From Longimicrobiales bacterium (GTDB taxonomy: Bacteria; Gemmatimonadota; Gemmatimonadetes; Longimicrobiales; Gaopeijiaceae): DNA of 64,000 bases. Where the stretch lies: assembly GCA_965116905.1 (NCBI GenBank), contig OZ220732.1, positions 4,032,001 to 4,096,000 of the forward strand, written 5' to 3'. The notes under the pieces were generated by a model. The model ran no database searches and was not told the DNA's origin. It worked only from the letters and a program-made list of their open reading frames with translations. The position numbers and the translations under genes are program-made. This document shows positions 62,301 to 64,000 of this stretch, piece by piece; within the stretch, counting starts at the first letter, position 1, and each line of letters starts with the position of its first letter.

Positions 62301-62559
62301 CGTCCCAGTGCACGCCTCCGTCCGTCGTCTTGTAGATCCCGCCCGACGCGGCGCCGACGTAGTACGTGTGCGGATCGCCGATGATCCCGGCCGCCGCCGA
62401 AAAGCGGTTGCCCTCGGGGCCGATGTGCCGCCACTCGAGCGCGGTGTAGGCGGCGGGGTCGGGGGCCTGCTGGGCCGTGGCGGTATGCCGATCGACCGCC
62501 GCGAAGAGCAGGACTGCGGGGGCGACGAGGAGCCAGAGTCGGGAGCGATGGGTGTGCAT
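59305..62559 (-). CDS. Secreted VPS10/sortilin-like BNR (Asp-box) repeat glycosyl-hydrolase-like protein
   Basis: Signal peptide, WRHIGP and repeated S/T-x-D-G-G-x-T-W Asp boxes; GTYGRGFWILDD. Confidence 0.85.
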   Translation of the reverse strand: MHTHRSRLWLLVAPAVLLFAAVDRHTATAQQAPDPAAYTALEWRHIGPEGNRFSAAAGIIGDPHTYYVGAASGGIYKTTDGGVHWDAIFDDQPVQSIGSLGVAQADPNIVWAGTGEGKIRSHVSLGQGVYKSTDAGATWGLMGLEQTGRIPRMAIHPTNPDIVFMCALGHAYGPQPERGVFRTTDGGATWERVLFVDEDTGCSDIAMDPSNPRVLFAGTWQLEIHTWGRTSGGPGGGLHVSRDGGDTWTKLNGPDNGIGLPEKPVGKVAVAVAPSNPDRVYAMLETGDGIPWEGRETEDGQLWRSEDGGRTWALITRNRNAMGRPHYYSRVVISPNDEDEAYFLTASFTTSTDGGRTLDVTPRPQAPGGDHHDMWIDPTNPNRMIVAHDQGLSISINRGKTWFRQRLTNAQMYHVTVDNAIPYNVLGNKQDEPTYRGPSNSRIQGQRRITGIPRGMWHHVGGGESGWATPDPTDPNIVWSSASGSGMVGGIVVRYEEDRRQYRAVEVWPEQSRGAASGVRYRFIWDAPIHISPHDNNTVYVGSQHVHRTRNGGQSWEVISPDLTLNDRSRMGLSGGLTGDNIGVEYAGTVFGIAESPVEEGLIWAGTNDGLLQVTRDGGATWTNVTGNMPGLPEWMAVRSIAVSRYDAGTAYVAIDGHQVNVRDPYVYRTRDYGASFEKITNGIPPSMLSYTKVIAEDTKRQGLLYVGTENALYVSFDDGDNWQPLQNNLPAAPVSGLVVQEHFGDLVVGTYGRGFWILDDLTPLQQLTPEVMASSSHLFVPRDAYRFRAITPPSVPYSDPTEGRDPEYGASINYWLGETAAEAAASGAAEAPTVEILDAAGEVVRTLAGTSNAGVNRIHWDLRDEPNGPIRLLTSPMYAEHIAVGEEGRGAPGARQISILLPPGRYTVRLNAAGESQEQPLTVIKDPHSAGTEADIAAQVAFIREVRDDVVAAGEAVHRVEAIRVQLATMSRFADDDALTEAMATLRDQLVDLQSNMVDLRLTGQGQDGVRFEAKLLQKLGYLTGAISVADFPPTDQELEVKVLLHEQLREHLEALDALVADEVAALNEMLRARGMVIIADGG

Positions 62560-62764
62560 GACGGACCTTGGGTGGGGGAATGAGAGCGAACGCGTCCTTG
62601 CGGTGAGTCGAACCGCGCCACGCGGCAAGATGCTGCGGCGCGGCACGAAGGAGAGCGTACACTCCGTTTCGGGAGGGTGTGGCGCAAGTGGCTTCCGGGT
62701 CGGATGCGGCCGGAGTCCCCCATTTGGTCTTTGCCATATTGTCGACTATATTCATGCCGACATC

Positions 62765-62802
62765 CATGATAATTATATGCTAAACTATCAGATAATATCA
62801 TG
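62765..62802. promoter_or_regulatory. AT-rich inverted repeat overlapping a putative -10 box and the start codon of the second AAA-DUF4143 gene
   Basis: CATGATAATTATATG-N9-CAGATAATATCATG; TGcTAAACT extended -10-like element at 62778-62786. Confidence 0.55.
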
Positions 62803-64000
62803 TCATATTCTCAGATCAATGGCACGGGCTATCGGCCGAGGATCGTTGACGACGAGCTTGTTGAGAGACTCGCGGCAATCGGTGCTGTTGTCCTGGAAGG
62901 TCCCAAGAGCTGTGGCAAGACGGCCACCGGCCGGCACCACGCCGCCAGCGAAGTACTCCTCGACGTGGACCGAAACGCTCGGCACATGGTCGGCATCGAT
63001 CCCGGTGCCGTGCTGCGTGGGGAGACTCCGCGGCTGATCGACGAATGGCAGACCGAACCGGACATCTGGAATCATGTTCGGCGTGCCGTGGACGACCGAC
63101 GCGCACCCGGACAGTTCATCCTGACCGGCTCCGCCGTCCCCGCCGACGACGTGACCCGCCACACGGGCGCGGGCCGGCTCACCCGACTGCGGATGCGTCC
63201 GTTCTCGCTCTTCGAGGCCGACCAATCAACAGGCGAAATCTCGTTGCGGCACCTGCTCGAGGGGGCTCGACAGCGCGCTGAACGATCTGATCTGCCGGTC
63301 GCGAACCTGGCGGAGTTGGTCTGCAGGGGTGGATGGCCGGGCCACTTCCAGTATCCCCTGGCCCGTGCCCTGCGCCTGAATCGGGACTATCTCAACGAGA
63401 TTCGCCGCGTCGACATCTCGAGAGTCAGCAGCCGAAGGAGGAATCCCGTAAAGGTGGGACGTCTGCTCCGATCCCTTGCCCGCAACACGGCGACCCCAGC
63501 CTCGATCCGGACGCTTGTCGCCGATGTGCGGGGACGGGGCACGACCCTGGCATGGGAAACGGCCTCGGAATACCTCGAAGCCCTCGAACGACTCATGGTC
63601 GTGGAGGACCTGCCGGCCTGGTCCCCGCACTTGCGCTCGCGGACCACGCTGAGGACGACCCCTGTCCGTCACTTTGTCGATCCATCTCTTGCGGCTGCGG
63701 CGCTGCACGCATCCCCGCAGCGATTGATGGACGACCTTGAGTACTTCGGCTTTCTCTTCGAATCGATGGTCATCCGCGACCTCCGCGTCTACGCCCAGCC
63801 CATCGAGGCCGAAGTGTTCCATTACCGCGAGAAAGGGGGCCTGGAGGTGGACGCGGTCGTGGAAGCCTACGATGGTCGCTGGGCTGCTTTTGAAGTGAAG
63901 CTCGGAGGCCGCTGGGTCGACAAGGGCATGGCCAACCTGCGGAAACTCGCTCGTCGCATGCAGAAAGGCGGCCGCGGCGAGCCCTCCGCTCTGGCGGTGA
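62800..64000 (+). CDS. AAA+ ATPase with DUF4143 domain; runs off the window end
   Basis: Not in ORF track. Manual translation MSYSQINGTGYRPRIVD...EGPKSCGKT...LIDEWQ...LTGSA...HTGAGR...GGWP...HFVDPSL...FESMVIRDL...EVDAVV...AFEVKLG, open to the window edge. Confidence 0.9.
   Translation, partial: MSYSQINGTGYRPRIVDDELVERLAAIGAVVLEGPKSCGKTATGRHHAASEVLLDVDRNARHMVGIDPGAVLRGETPRLIDEWQTEPDIWNHVRRAVDDRRAPGQFILTGSAVPADDVTRHTGAGRLTRLRMRPFSLFEADQSTGEISLRHLLEGARQRAERSDLPVANLAELVCRGGWPGHFQYPLARALRLNRDYLNEIRRVDISRVSSRRRNPVKVGRLLRSLARNTATPASIRTLVADVRGRGTTLAWETASEYLEALERLMVVEDLPAWSPHLRSRTTLRTTPVRHFVDPSLAAAALHASPQRLMDDLEYFGFLFESMVIRDLRVYAQPIEAEVFHYREKGGLEVDAVVEAYDGRWAAFEVKLGGRWVDKGMANLRKLARRMQKGGRGEPSALAV

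Noticed and set aside
62477..63037. ORF using the ATG at 62819 (MARAIGRG...) as the real gene
   Set aside because: The frame starting at ATG 62800 carries the Walker A/B and DUF4143 motifs, so this ORF is an off-frame shadow.

Overview
GC-rich bacterial DNA. The gene content (carboxypeptidase-regulatory-domain protein, VPS10/BNR protein, DUF1552/DUF1592/ankyrin trio, AAA-DUF4143 ATPases, many secreted hydrolases) suggests a Gemmatimonadota-like organism, possibly a sponge symbiont; this is inference. The centrepiece is a ~16-18 kb RiPP island (~8.2-24/26.5 kb). It encodes an NHLP (proteusin) precursor with core LCCCW, a LolCDE/FtsX-type ABC exporter, a flavin-dependent Trp halogenase, a short HlyD-like protein, two NHLP-type ABC transporters (one with an intact C39 peptidase) and a fused YcaO cyclodehydratase. 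This matches the sponge-microbiome 'srp' cluster as I recall it. The same operon also encodes an NHLP-leader-like domain fused to a class II terpene-cyclase-like domain and a possible ABBA-type prenyltransferase, which suggests a brominated, thiazoline-containing, terpene-modified peptide. An alkane-monooxygenase/GlnE-like fusion flanks the island. The rest includes thrB and thrC split by an inverted gene, S9 peptidases, an MFS transporter, a SorAB-like sulfite oxidase pair, an amidase, PH-domain membrane proteins, a DMT transporter, a SAM methyltransferase and two AAA-DUF4143 ATPases preceded by AT-rich inverted repeats. A ~30-bp palindromic element occurs twice, 46 kb apart. I saw no rRNA, tRNA, CRISPR array or transposase. 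All family calls come from motif reading by eye; no searches were run.
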